DNA of 64,000 nucleotides from Eledone cirrhosa (Eukaryota): NCBI GenBank assembly GCA_964016885.1, contig OZ024750.1, positions 10,292,001 to 10,356,000 of the forward strand, read 5' to 3'. Shown piece by piece: positions 40,760 to 54,089 of this stretch (position 1 is its first letter; each line of letters starts with the position of its first letter). The notes under the pieces were generated by a model. It saw only the letters and a program-made list of their open reading frames with translations, ran no database searches and was not told where the DNA came from. The position numbers and the translations under genes were made by a program.

Positions 40760-41990
40760 AAACAGACAGACAGACACAGACACACACACACACACACGCG
40801 CGCAAACTATATAAAGATCCAAACACGCAAATTATACTTTATAATTTATATATAAACCCAAGAATAGCAGTATTATTCTGTGTGTTTTTAAGAGACGAGC
40901 AGAGAGCACGAAATACGAGCGAATCCTAAGGAGGTATCGAAGAGCACAGAGTAATTGATAAAGTCACAGGATGTGACGAAAGAACTTTGATAACAAACCA
41001 ATAAATCAATTGATTAACGGGCTAAATATGTTATTAATTAATATGAAGTGAGTGAAAAAAATAACCAGTGCGTGTGTTTTAATTAGCAGTATGACCCTCA
41101 AAAAGTCCAACAATATTTCTAGTTATGCGTTCAACATAAATTAATCTATCAGTGGAAATTCTTTAAAAACAAATTGAAGCAGTAGCCCATTATCAGATAT
41201 TTTCTATGTTCACTCCATTCTATAGATAATGAAAACAACCACAAGGATATGATCCGGACGTGGAAGAGCCGAACTCCCACTGTCATCGCCTCCATCTCTT
41301 TCGCTCTCCCCATCTCTCTGTATGGTGAGCAAATGGGGTCCCACGCGGTGGCCTCCTCATAGCCCCGGCGGACAGAATGGAGAAGGCGTTTCCCCGGAGG
41401 ATGGTAAGTAAGGGAGATGCGCCGTTGAAGTCTTACCCCATCTTCTTTTTCATTTTTCTGGCGAATTCTGGAGAATTTGATACGTTGCAGGTCAGCATAA
41501 AATGCAATGAAAGCAAAATAACGAAAGAAATGAAAGCCGTTGGATTATTTTATTTGTATAAACGATGACTTTGTTATGATTACTGAGAAGATGTGTGACT
41601 CCATTGTTGTGAATTTCGTGGCTTTATTGACATTAATTGTAAGTGGACATATCTTTTGATGTCTACTACTTGAAAAAAAAAAAAAAATAGACAAACATTT
41701 TCTTATATCTTATGTATGTATGTATGTATGTATGTATGTATGTATGTATGTATGTATGTATGTATGTATGTATGTATGTATGTATGTATGTATGTACGTA
41801 CGTATGTGCGTACGTATGTGTGTATGTATGTATGTATGTATGTGTGTATGTATGTATGTACGTATGTGTGTACGTATGTGTGTACGTAAGTGTGTAAGAC
41901 AATTATGCGATGGTTAGAAAGAGAGAGAATGAGCAAAGTAGCAATAGATAGACTGATAAATATACATATAAATATATTTATGTATGTGTG

Positions 41991-42040
<50 letters not shown>

Positions 42041-42091
42041 CATACACACAAATATACATTAATATGTAAATATATTTATATGTATATTTAT

Positions 42092-42198
<107 letters not shown>

Positions 42199-42785
42199 CG
42201 TGTGTGTTTGTTATATTTATATATAATTTGGTGGCTTAACTGGACATATTCAGTCGTTATAACTGGTGTGGTCGCCTGCATTCACGACAAAAATCATAGC
42301 TGTAAGTTAAAACTTTCATTGCCTCATATGTCTTCATTACCTGCTTCACATCTACATGGCTTCACGTCTTCTACATGGCTTCACGTCTTCTACATTGCTT
42401 CACACGTCTTCTACATTGCTTCATATGTCTTCTACGCTGTCTTCACATATCTTCTACGTTGTCTTCACATGTCTTCGACGAAAACTAAAAGGCCCAGCTG
42501 AGGGCACAAATAAATTGCTACGGCCGTCTCTGGTGCTACCACCCCCAAACACTGCAGAGGGTCCGGCGGCAATTGCCTTCTATGGCCCCCTCCCCCAACA
42601 CGACAGGGGACCCCGGAGGAGCGGGGGGGGGGGGGGGGATTACCCCTATGTCTCCCCTCCACCCCATTAAATCCGATTTCGGATAACATATGCGTCATGT
42701 AGTTTCTATTTTCTCCCTCACACGGTTTGGGGACCCCCAAAAGAAAACTCAAATGCTGTTGCTGTCATTCCTTTAAAAAAAGTCA

Positions 42786-43735
42786 TCTATACATATAAAA
42801 CTGAGGATGTCTGTCTGTGTGTGTGTGAGTTTGAATCCCTAAAACTCGAGAACCACCCAACCGACTGTTTTCAAACGTTACACATGTAATACTTATGTTT
42901 CAGGGAGTGTTCTGAGCAAAAACATTTCAAATTTTCAATGCCCTAGGGACCGCATTAGGCGATTTAGCGATCTCTCTCTATAATTCTTAGTCTTTCTATT
43001 TTTAGATAGATACATACATATAACGTCGCGCCCTTATAATATCTGTCTGTATGTCTGCCTGTCTGCATTGCGTCACTTCCCTGAGGATGTCTGTCTGTGT
43101 GTGTGTGTGTGTGAGTTTGAATCCCTAAAACTCGAGAAGTTCCCAACCGATTATTTTCAAACTTTACATGTGTATTACTTATGTTTCAGGGAGTGATATG
43201 CACATAAAATTCAACATTTTGATCTCCTAGGGCCTGCATTAGGTGAAAAACTGCGTTTTTAAAGTTTTTTAGGCTGTTTTTGAGGCATTACGTCAGACCG
43301 ATTTCCTTGAAATTGTAACTATGTATTAGTCTATGTATTAGTCTCTTCTATGTATTAGTCTCTTCTTCATACCGTGAGCAAAGAAAATCCAACTTTTTTA
43401 TGGCCTAGGGCCCGCATTAGGTGAAAAACTTCATTTTTTCAGCTTTTTAGGGCTTTTTAGCCGATTTTTCAGCCTTTTAGAGCTTTTTAGCCGATTTTGC
43501 GAAATTTCAAAGCATATTATGCACATAAAAAAATTTCATTTTCTTGATCCCCTAGGTGAAAACCTGCATTTTTCCTGCTTCATCGAGGAAAATCTTAAAG
43601 ATTATTCAGCCATCAGAGTATTCGGTTTATTTTCTTTACATATTGTCCAGGCATGCAGTTTTTCCACGATTAGGTCTGTTGGCGGCCCGCGTTCCAAAAT
43701 ACCTTATCCCGTGCAACGCCGGGTACCACTGCTAG
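42786..43735 (+). mobile_element. Non-autonomous Helitron-like element
   Basis: A|TC 5' end, subterminal GC-rich hairpin CCCGTGCAACGCCGGG, CTAG|T 3' end. Internal ~165-bp duplication (about 42801 and 43081). Confidence 0.7.
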
Positions 43736-43810
43736 TTAAATATAAATGAATACATCTATTTTTATTTTTCTCGTTTATAATTTTATTATAATGTTCTTTT
43801 CAGGAGAAAA

Positions 43811-43871
43811 ATGAGATATTTCTGGCTTCTAATCTGTCTTTGTATAGAATATATTCAAGCAGAAACAATTG
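43811..43871 (+). CDS. Secreted Cys-rich repeat protein, signal-peptide exon
   Basis: ttcttttcag acceptor ending at 43803, ATG at 43811. Reads MRYFWLLICLCIEYIQAETI (basic n-region, hydrophobic core, IQA|E cleavage-like site), then G|gtaagt donor, phase 1. Confidence 0.8.
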
Positions 43872-44846
43872 GTAAGTAAACCTTATACTATTATGTATTT
43901 TTATGTAAGGGCGGTGGATGAGCATTAATCGGTAGATCATCGAACAACATACTTTGTGGCATGAGGTTACGGCCCTTTACGTTCTGAGTTCAAATATTGC
44001 TGAGGTTAACTTTGTCTTTCATCCTTACGGGGTTCGATAAAATAAAGTACCAGTAACGCACTGGGGTCGATTTAATCGACTTGCCCCTTCCCCTCGAAAA
44101 TTGTTGGTCTTGTACCTAAAGCAGACACCATTATTTATGTGGATTGGCAGTATCGGTAGAGGGTCGGACGCCATGTTTTGCAGCATAGAGTTACGGCCCT
44201 TTATGGTCTGAGTTCAAATCCCGCCGAGGTTAACTTTGCTTTTCATCCTTACGGGGTCGATAAAATAAAGTAGCAGTAATGTACTGGGTAATTGCTGGCC
44301 TTGTGCCATAAATAGAAACAACCATGTATACTTCTGTAGCTATAGCCACCAGGCACCATATTGGATACTTCTGTAGCAATAGCCACCTCTCAACAGCCGA
44401 TATATTCAAGTTGTTCCAATTTGATATTGAGACACAGTCACTTTTTCAAAGAAATTATCATTAGATAGAATTTGTCGAAAAGAAATAAACAGAAAAGCGA
44501 TCTTACACTTCAGCATTACTAACGTCGCTGCATGTGGCATTTCAGATGAGGGGTTTACCAACACGCTTCTTCTTCTTCTTCTTCTTCTTCTTCTTCTATG
44601 AAAGAGGTGCTGAAGTAGGCCACATGAAATCAACTTTTTTCATACAGGTTGCCATTCTTTTCCTCTCAATTATATAATCACTGCTTCTTGTAATAAATGT
44701 GTTGAAACTGGTGTGATATCATATTAGTTATAACATGATTTCCTTTAAACATAGAAATATTATTTATCTTATATAACAATATGATCATTATGTATCAAAA
44801 GACATGTTAACATAATTTATAATCTTAACTCTTTATACTTTTATAG

Positions 44847-44903
44847 CTACATCATCATGTACGAAATTGGTCTTTATTACACACAGACAAACGACAGTCA
44901 CGG
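44847..44903 (+). CDS. Secreted Cys-rich repeat protein, exon 2
   Basis: ttttatag acceptor, 57 bp, G|gtaagt donor, phase 1-1; reads ATSSCTKLVFITHRQTTVT. Confidence 0.7.
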
Positions 44904-44979
44904 GTAAGTATTTCTGACATAACTGGCGTCTATTTATTCATAATTCTTACATATTTCGTCCTCTTTTACGTTAATCCGA

Positions 44980-45190
44980 AGGCGTGTGGCTGAGTGGTTA
45001 GAGAATTGGATTCGCAATCGTGAGGTTGTGAGTTCGATTCCTGGACCAGGCGATGCGTTATGTCCTTGAGCAAGACACTTTATTTCAAGTTGCTCCTTCT
45101 ACCTGGAGTTACGACCGATAGATAGTATTAGCAATTGGAAAGACCAACGGAAACATTGTTTCCTCGGTCCGATTTGACGAAAGTCGATCG
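44980..45190 (+). mobile_element. tRNA-derived SINE family 2, representative copy
   Basis: TGGCTGAGTGGTTAGA A-box, GAGTTCGATTCC B-box, then gtgtccttgagcaagacact. Related copies at 3890-4100(+), 2455-2630(-), 6178-6340(-), 17460-17632(-), 19260-19622(-), 31583-31775(-). Confidence 0.82.
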
Positions 45191-45613
45191 CTGCTTCTTC
45201 TTACGTTAATCCCAGGAATTGCAAGCAGCAGATATTTTCAGCAACATAAAGACAAATGGAAACGTATCTTTATTTGATCCGATCAGACGATTTGCTCCTT
45301 TCCTATTCTTTTTCTGAAAGAAGTTAATCAATTTTTCTATCACAATGTCTGAGATAATCTGCTAAATATATAACCCGTGAGAATTTCTAAAATCCTAACA
45401 TTAGGCTCGAACACAAACCGCTTTAAAACATAAGTGTGACATTTGCATTGATATTAGGAATAAGTTAATCGCATAAGATTCCTTTCGGTGGTACTAGAAC
45501 TAAGACGCTGTTTAGATATATTGTATTAGGATTTGGGACACTGAAAAAGATTTCTATACTTTGTGAGCAATTGATTATGATTGTAATAAAATATTATAAT
45601 CTGTTATTTGTAG

Positions 45614-45730
45614 GTTGTTACTGGAATGGCCGGTGTATAAAGGTTTATGAGGTATATAACTACAATTGTCGGACATATACCTGCAAACGAACACCCTACA
45701 ATCAATATTCGTTGGACATAAAACAAAATG
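45614..45730 (+). CDS. Secreted Cys-rich repeat protein, module exon R1
   Basis: ttatttgtag acceptor, 117 bp, G|gttggt donor, phase 1-1; reads GCYWNGRCIKVYEVYNYNCRTYTCKRTPYNQYSLDIKQN. Confidence 0.8.
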
Positions 45731-45839
45731 GTTGGTCTAAATATTCTTATTTTGTTTCAAATATTTATCAGTTAAATAATTAACTTAAATAAAGTGAAAT
45801 GTATAGAAATTTCACAAATATTTATTTTCACAATCATCA

Positions 45840-46100
45840 TATAAATAGCAGGAGATCCAGGAGTAGACTCCGAGAAAGATGGTTGTATAACATCCATGCG
45901 CTTGGCTGGTCTTGCTTGGGGATCCAGCCAGATCAATTGGAGACAGTTACTTCTGACAGGACCTGTTGGAAGGAGTGTTTGAGAACTCTTCCCCCGTGAT
46001 CCTCTCAGGAAGAAGAAGAAGAAGAAGAAGAAGAAGAAGAAGAAGAAGAAGAAGAAGAAGAAGAAGAAGAAGAAGAAGAAGAAGAAGAAGAAGAAAAAGC
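45840..46100 (+). mobile_element. RTE-like LINE 3' end with (GAA)n tail
   Basis: RRSRSRLRERWLYNI...SDRTCWKECL resembles the RTE C-terminal GRPR..RW.D...DR..W motif; followed by a long GAA tract. Confidence 0.65.
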
Positions 46101-46429
46101 AGAAGAAGATCATATAAATAACATACGCAGTTAATAAAGCGCCAACAAAGAAGCTTATCTGAGCTCAGCTAACCTGCTAAATGTAGCAGTCAAACTCCAC
46201 CAAATTTTACAATGCAGTCTTCAGTAAATGAAGGATATATTGGACAATTCTATTTCATGTAGGCATCGTATTTGCTTTGTTTATTTATATTATTATCGGC
46301 ATTATAGTTGAGAAGAAAATGACCAAGACTGTGTCTTCATGTTGTCCATGTTCTTGAGGGAGCTGTGTAAAATGGCTGAGTGGTGGCACATGCATATCAT
46401 CTGAGTCTAAGCCAGGATATGTCTATTTA

Positions 46430-48100
46430 CAACACACATGTATAACACACATGTGCAACACACATGTACACTACACATGTACAATACACATGTACAGTAC
46501 ACTACACATGTACAACACACATGTACAATACACATGTACAATACACATGTACACTACACATGTACACTACACATGTACAATACACATGTACACTACACTA
46601 CACATGTACAATACACATGTACAATACACATGTACACTACACATGTGCAACACACATGTACAATACACATGTACACTACACATGTACAATACACATGTAC
46701 AACACACATGTACAATACACATGTACAATACACATGTACACTACACATGTACAATACACATGTACACTACACATGTACAACACACATGTACAATACACAT
46801 GTACAATACACATGTACACTACACATGTACAATACACATGTACACTACACATGTACAACACACATGTACACTACACATGTACAACACATGTACAATAGAC
46901 ATGTGAAACACACATGTACAATACACATGTACACTACACATGTACAACACACATGTACACTACACATGTACAACACACATGTACAATACACATGTACACT
47001 ACACATGTACACTACACATGTACAACACACATGTACACTACACATGTACAATACATATGTACACTACACATGTACAATACATATGTACAGTACACATGTA
47101 CAATACATATGTACAGTACACATGTACACTACACATGTACAATACACATGTACACTACACATGTACAACACACATGTACACTACATATGTACAATACACA
47201 TGTACACTACACATGTACAACACACATGTACTATACATATGTACAGTACACATGTACAACACACATGTACACTACACATGTACAACACACATGTACACTA
47301 CACATGTACACTACACATGTACACTACACATGTACAATACATATGTACACTACACATGTACAATACATATGTACAGTACACATGTACAATACATATGTAC
47401 AGTACACATGTACACTACACATGTACAGTACACATGTACAACACACATGTACACTACACATGTACAATACATATGTACAGTACACATGTACACTACACAT
47501 GTACAATACACATGTACAATACACATGTACACTACACATGTACACTACACATGTACAATACACATGTACAATACACATGTACACTACACATGTACAATAC
47601 ATATATACAGTACACATGTACAGTACACATGTACACTACACATGTACAATACACATGTACAATACACATGCACACTACACATGTACAATGCATATGTACA
47701 GTACACATGTACACTACACATGTACACTACACATGTACAATACACATGCACACTACACATGTACAATGCATATGTACAGTACACATGTACACTACACATG
47801 TACACTACACATGTACAATACACATGCACACTACACATGTACAATGCATATGTACAGTACACATGTACACTACACATGTATAACACACATGTACAACACA
47901 CATGTACACTACACACGTACAATACAAATATACAACACATGTACAACACACATGTATAACACACATGTACAACACACATGTACACTACACACGTACAATA
48001 CAAATATACAACACATGTACAACACACATGTATAACACACATGTACAACACACATGTACACTACATATGTATAACACACATGTATAACATGTACAATACA
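46430..48100. repeat. 13-bp satellite tacacatgtaca(a/c/g), about 1.7 kb
   Basis: More than 100 units; source of the spurious HMYNTHV ORFs. Confidence 0.96.
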
Positions 48101-48399
48101 TCCACATCAGTAAAGCATTAATAACATCATAGCTACAATTTAATTATACCGATATATTTATATTTACAATCAACTCCTAATGTATTTCCTGAACTAACGA
48201 CACATGTTAAAAACTAGAGACGCTAGAACGAAACATGATGGTTTTTCATTCAGTGCTATGAATATATCCAGAATTGGATCTAAATTTCGTTTTGTTTCCC
48301 AATATTATTGATTCTATTTTCATAGGTTAACATAAAATGTAGTTAGAAAAAGAGTAAAATATCTTATAAGCCAGATAATTACACATGAATTGTATTCAG

Positions 48400-48519
48400 T
48401 GATGTACTTATTGAATAGGTCATTATATCTTGGAATGACATTTTATAAGACGGCATGCCAGTTAATGATGTTCAAGTGTAAAAACGTACAAATATATCTA
48501 AATGGCAGCAATATAAAAT
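48400..48519 (+). pseudogene. Decayed module pseudo-exon A of the Cys-rich gene
   Basis: After ttcag the sequence reads ...NRSLYLGMTFYKTACQLMMFK, which keeps the module spacing with Cys replaced by Ser/Phe. Length is 120 bp and it ends at T|atatgt, resembling a dead G|gtatgt donor. Confidence 0.5.
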
Positions 48520-48555
48520 ATATGTCTAGAAATTCTTTGTTTGTTTTGTTTGTAG

Positions 48556-48673
48556 ATTGTCACCAATGTGCTGTCTCTTACAGAATTGGATCGGAATTAA
48601 AATTAGAGAAACTTTCTATTTCCAGGACTTGAATTATGTAATATTATTCTTAACATTGTCGTGTAAAATTATT
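48556..48673 (+). pseudogene. Decayed module pseudo-exon B of the Cys-rich gene
   Basis: After tttgtttgtag the sequence reads DCHQCAVSYRIGSELKLEKLSISRT*. The positions of Cys2, Cys3 and Cys4 are TCT, TCT and TGA, each one base from a Cys codon, and Y-x2-G is retained. The 3' end is approximate. Confidence 0.55.
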
Positions 48674-49299
48674 GTTAGATAAAGAATTAGGGTGGTGGTT
48701 TGGCAGAATCGGTAGAGCGTCGGACACCATGCTTTGCAGCATAGAGTTATGGCCCTTTATAATCTAAGTTCAAATTCCGCCGAGGTAAACTTAAGTACCA
48801 GTCACGCACTGGGATCGATTTAATCGACTTTCCGCTCCCACCAAATTGCTGGCCTTGTGCCTATATAAGAAACCATTGTTAGATAGAGAATTATAAATAA
48901 GTTTTATCTAAATTAATTCCAGTATCAATTTCAGCATAATTTGAAAAATAACATATCTAAACTAAACTAAGTCTAAATTTAAGTTGTCTTCAAGACTGAG
49001 ATGGAGCGCGAATGTATTAGAATTCATAGAATAATGAGAAAAACACAACCGTAAGAATTGCTGATAAAACAGCAAAATGCCGTCAATGAGAGCATCGGGT
49101 AAAATTTACCTGAAAATACAGAAATCAGTGGCTAGAAGTGTGTTGGCCCGCAGCATTTATAGGGAGGAACGAGACAAGATCACACACACACACACGTTTT
49201 AAGTCTAAATTATTTTAGATTGTATCCTTGTTTATATGTTGCCATGTAATATACTGAATACTATTTCTTAGTTTTAAAGGAGTTCATTTTTTGTTGAAG

Positions 49300-49422
49300 G
49301 TTGTCCCTATAACAATATGTGTTACAAACATGGACAGAAAGCAAAAACAAATAGACCCTGTACTATTAAGGTTTGCAATGTCTTAATTTATGGTAACTAT
49401 GGTTGGAAAGAGGAACAAAATG
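49300..49422 (+). CDS. Secreted Cys-rich repeat protein, module exon R2
   Basis: ttttttgttgaag acceptor, 123 bp, G|gtatgt donor; reads GCPYNNMCYKHGQKAKTNRPCTIKVCNVLIYGNYGWKEEQN. Confidence 0.82.
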
Positions 49423-49883
49423 GTATGTTTAAATAAGTTTCTATTTTGTGCAAAATATCAATTTGTGTAGAATATAAAAAAAGTCCTTTAAAATAATGAA
49501 TAATGATATCCATTTTAACCATGTCCATTAACCTCGTATTTTAAGAAAAAAATGTCGTCAATATTCTAGTAACACCACGTGACACTATACATGTATGATT
49601 TTCGAAAAAGGGTATTGATTTAAGAGTTGCATAACCTCATATAGATGGAATTCGTTTCAAAGGCAATATTAAAAAAAATTCCCTTTGTTATTCATACTTT
49701 AGAGTTAAAGTTTTCTGGCCCTTGTTATTCAAACTTTAGAGTTTTCTGGCCCTTGTTATTCAAACTTTAGAGTTAAAGTTTCCCGGAAGAGGAATTGAAA
49801 TTTTGAGAAAAATGAAAGTGTCCTAGAATTAAGTCTGAATATTGTTTTTTGATTTTAAAGGAATTCATTTTAAATAATGGTAG

Positions 49884-50009
49884 GTTGCGTGGATAAAGGC
49901 AAATGTTACCATAAAGGAAATACTTTGAAGGATAGAAACGTTAACTGTCGTTTCAAACTTTGCACATGGAATCAATATCACGGATATATCTGGACAGAGA
50001 AATCAACTG
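49884..50009 (+). CDS. Secreted Cys-rich repeat protein, module exon R3
   Basis: tag acceptor, 126 bp, G|gtatgt donor; reads GCVDKGKCYHKGNTLKDRNVNCRFKLCTWNQYHGYIWTEKST. Confidence 0.82.
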
Positions 50010-50187
50010 GTATGTTTAAGTATTTTGCTATGTTGCATAAATTATTATTCATTTGTATAAAATATATAAAAATCGATGTGAGTAACGAATATATTTAACA
50101 ATATCCATTAACGTTACATTGTCAAGAATAATTATGGTAGGGGCGTTTAGTAATGCCACACAACAGGTGATATATATCAATTGTCAT

Positions 50188-50403
50188 TTAACCCTTTAGC
50201 ATTTACATTACTCTATATTTACTATTGTATTTTCGGGGTAAAGGCTTTACTCCACATAATTATCTCATATAATGTCAAATCTATGAGATTTTGATGCTAT
50301 TTATTTTGAGAACAATACCTTAACGCCAGCTATAGCTGGTTTGAACCGAGAGAAGTGAGAGAATTCTGGCCGGATACGGCCGGTTTAAATGCTAAAGGGT
50401 TAA
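50188..50403. mobile_element. piggyBac-type MITE, same family
   Basis: TTAA-CCCTTTAGCATTTA ... TAAATGCTAAAGGG-TTAA. Partial copies near 2958-3156 and 7075-7470. Confidence 0.82.
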
Positions 50404-51419
50404 ATACACTTGGGGTGGACATTGTATTATATATGTCACGTATAAGGGCAGTGGAATGGCAGTATCGGTAGAGGGTCAGACGACATGCTTTGCAGCAAAG
50501 AGTTACGGCCCTTTATGGTCTGAGTTCAAATCCCGCTGAGGTTAACTTTGCTTTTCATCCTTACGGGGTCGATAAAATAAAGTACCAGTAATGTACTGGT
50601 TCGATTTAATCGACTTTCCTCTCTCCCCAAATTGCTGGCCTTGTGCCTATATAAGAAACCATTATATATGTCTCGTATATTATCTTCATTTTCTTCGCCC
50701 ATTTATTCCTGGGAGGGTCGTGGGTGGGTGGGGGATGGGATAGACTCCTCATGTATTTCTTTCAGCAGGTTCTGTCTAATTTATCCTGCTGGGTCCCCAA
50801 GCGAGACCAGCCTGGCTTATGGATGTTATCCAACCATCTTGCTCAGAGTCTATTTCTAGGACTCCTATTGGTTGTTTTTTCCCCCTAAAAGATAGATGAT
50901 TGATATAATGGTTAATCACCCAATCACACATACAGGTCTTGTTTTTCCATTTCTTCCAACAAGGAGCTACGTTTCTCACTAATTCTTGAGAAATGCTTGA
51001 GTACAGAAACTTCCACGAGTTCTAAAGTTGGCATTTAGTATTGTCACAACTGTAGAACGGTTCATTATATGCACATGAACAAAGCGTATCTCTTTCTCAC
51101 CGCTTTAATTCATTTTATAAGTGGAGACTTCTAGTGTCCTTGGTCTTAGGGCTACCTCCCTACTCACCACCATCGGCACAGCTGTGAGCCTCCTGAGCTG
51201 TAATCACTGTTCCAGCGCCTCTCCCACACAGTCCGCCAGGGCCGCCCCCATTTGCTCACAATAGTGAGAGATGGGGAGATCCGGAGGTAATGACAGTGGG
51301 AGTTTGGTTCCATTGTGTTTGGACCTGGTGTATATATATTTATTTACTACACCATATACAGTAGTTACAAATGATCAATTGCTTTATCGGATCATCATAC
51401 GATATTGTTGATATATAAC

Positions 51420-51997
51420 TACAGGGTGTCCAAAAAAAATATATACACACTTGAACAGCAAAACAAAAAAATGCATTAAAATAAATTCTGTTTTATATGT
51501 ATCAGTGGATTGGCAGTATCGGTAGAGGGTTGGACGGAGTTACGGCCCTTTATGGTCTGAGTTCAAATCCCGCCGAGGTTTACTTTGCCTTTCATCCTTA
51601 CGGGGACGATAAAATAAAGTACCAGTAATGCGCTGAGATAATTGCAGGCCTTGTGCCAAAAGTAGAAACAATTATTTAAATTATGAGGGTCGGACATCAT
51701 GCTTTCCAGCATAGTTACGTCCCTTTATGGTCTGAGTTCAAATCCCGCCAAGGTTAACTTTGCTTTTCATCCTTACGGGGTCGATAAAATAAAGTACCAG
51801 TAATGCACTGTGATAATTGCTGGCCTTGTGCCAAAAAGTAGAAACAATTAATTAAATTATGAAAACATTTTGGGTGTTTACATACAATTGAATTATGTCT
51901 GCAGTCCATTTTATTTTTGGGAAAGGTTGTGTATTCTAATAAACATTGTCTGTACAGGTAATGCAAGTGTGTATACATTTTGGGGGGACAGCCTGTA
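51420..51997. mobile_element. Tc1/mariner-type MITE with two nested SINEs
   Basis: TA-CAGGGTGTCC...aaatatatacacacttg and caagtgtgtatacattt...GGACAGCCTG-TA form imperfect TIRs with a TA duplication. Confidence 0.65.
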
Positions 51998-52786
51998 TAT
52001 TATAGATAGTGTTACGTATCTTGCAATCATCATCATCAGTTTCCATCTCTGATACACTGTGTACCATTTAATGTGAATTCTATCAATTTTACTTTCCGAT
52101 TCTCTCGTTTATTCATCAGAGAAATTGGAAAAAAATAATCTAGAAATTTACTAGATTATCTCCCTTACCATTCTCCGGAATCTCCATTCTGTCTGCCGGA
52201 GCTGTGGGGAGGCCAGCACGTGGGACCCCATTTGCACGCCATACGGAGAGATGGGGAGGGCGAGAGAGATGGAAGCGATGACAGTGGGAGTTCGGCTCTT
52301 CCACATCTTTGTGGTTGTGTTCATCAAGCCCTAATGCAGTAATAGGATTAAGCCCACTTAGTTGTAAGTGGCTATTATTGGATAGTATTGTCCAATTCGA
52401 TATGCTGTGAACAGAAGTATACATTTTATGGGCTACGTTATCACAGATTGCTAAACAAACCAACGATACACTATGGCAGCACACAAACCTGCTAGAAATA
52501 GCAGTGACATATCCAATAAAATTTCAATCTTCTGCCTTGAAAAGATACTCGACCTTCGTATCAGTAACAATACAGTAAGGATAAAGTGTAACATTGAATT
52601 TGACTAAAGTCTCTACAAGATGCATTCATCATTTCGATGAATGGCTATAGTTTGTATATATATATATGAGAGAGAGAGGGGGGGGGGGGTGAGAGGGATG
52701 GGTGGGGGGTGCTAGAGGGGGGTGTTGGTGATAGATAGATAGATAGATAGAGAGAGAAATTAACCATATTACTGGCTGGCTCGATA

Positions 52787-52986
52787 NNNNNNNNNNNNNN
52801 NNNNNNNNNNNNNNNNNNNNNNNNNNNNNNNNNNNNNNNNNNNNNNNNNNNNNNNNNNNNNNNNNNNNNNNNNNNNNNNNNNNNNNNNNNNNNNNNNNNN
52901 NNNNNNNNNNNNNNNNNNNNNNNNNNNNNNNNNNNNNNNNNNNNNNNNNNNNNNNNNNNNNNNNNNNNNNNNNNNNNNNNNNNNNN
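52787..52986. other. Assembly gap (200 N)
   Basis: Run of N. Confidence 1.
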
Positions 52987-53026
<40 letters not shown>

Positions 53027-53171
53027 ATATAATATATATATATATATAATATACATATATAATATATATATATATATTATATATATATATATATTATATA
53101 TGTATATTATATATATATATATATTATATATATATATATTATATATATATATACTATATATATATATATAT

Positions 53172-53203
<32 letters not shown>

Positions 53204-53246
53204 ATATATATTATATTATATATATATATTATATATATATATATAT

Positions 53247-53278
<32 letters not shown>

Positions 53279-53301
53279 ATATATTATATATATATATATA
53301 T

Positions 53302-53333
<32 letters not shown>

Positions 53334-53561
53334 ATATATTATATATATATATATATATTATATATATATATATATTATATATATATATATATATTATATA
53401 TATATATTATATATTATATATATATATATATTATATATATATATATATTATATATATATATTATATATATATATATATATTATATATATATATATATTAT
53501 ATATATATATATATTATATATATATTATATATATATATTATATATATATATTATATATATA

Positions 53562-53606
<45 letters not shown>

Positions 53607-53724
53607 ATATATTATATATATATTATATATATATATATATATTATATATATTATATATATATATTATATATATATATATATATATTATATATATTATATA
53701 TATATATTATATATATATATATAT

Positions 53725-53757
<33 letters not shown>

Positions 53758-53890
53758 ATATATATATTATATATATATATTATATATATATATATATATT
53801 ATATATATATATATATTATATATATATATTATATATATATATTATATATATATATATATTATATATATATATTATATATATATATTATTA

Positions 53891-53939
<49 letters not shown>

Positions 53940-53954
53940 ATATTATATATATAT

Positions 53955-53988
<34 letters not shown>

Positions 53989-54030
53989 ATATATATTATA
54001 TATATATATTATATATATATATATTATATA

Positions 54031-54089
<59 letters not shown>

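Noticed and set aside
46438-48035. 339-481-aa His/Thr/Cys-rich ORFs
   Set aside because: Open in all three forward frames because the 13-bp satellite rarely contains stop codons; no splice or domain support.
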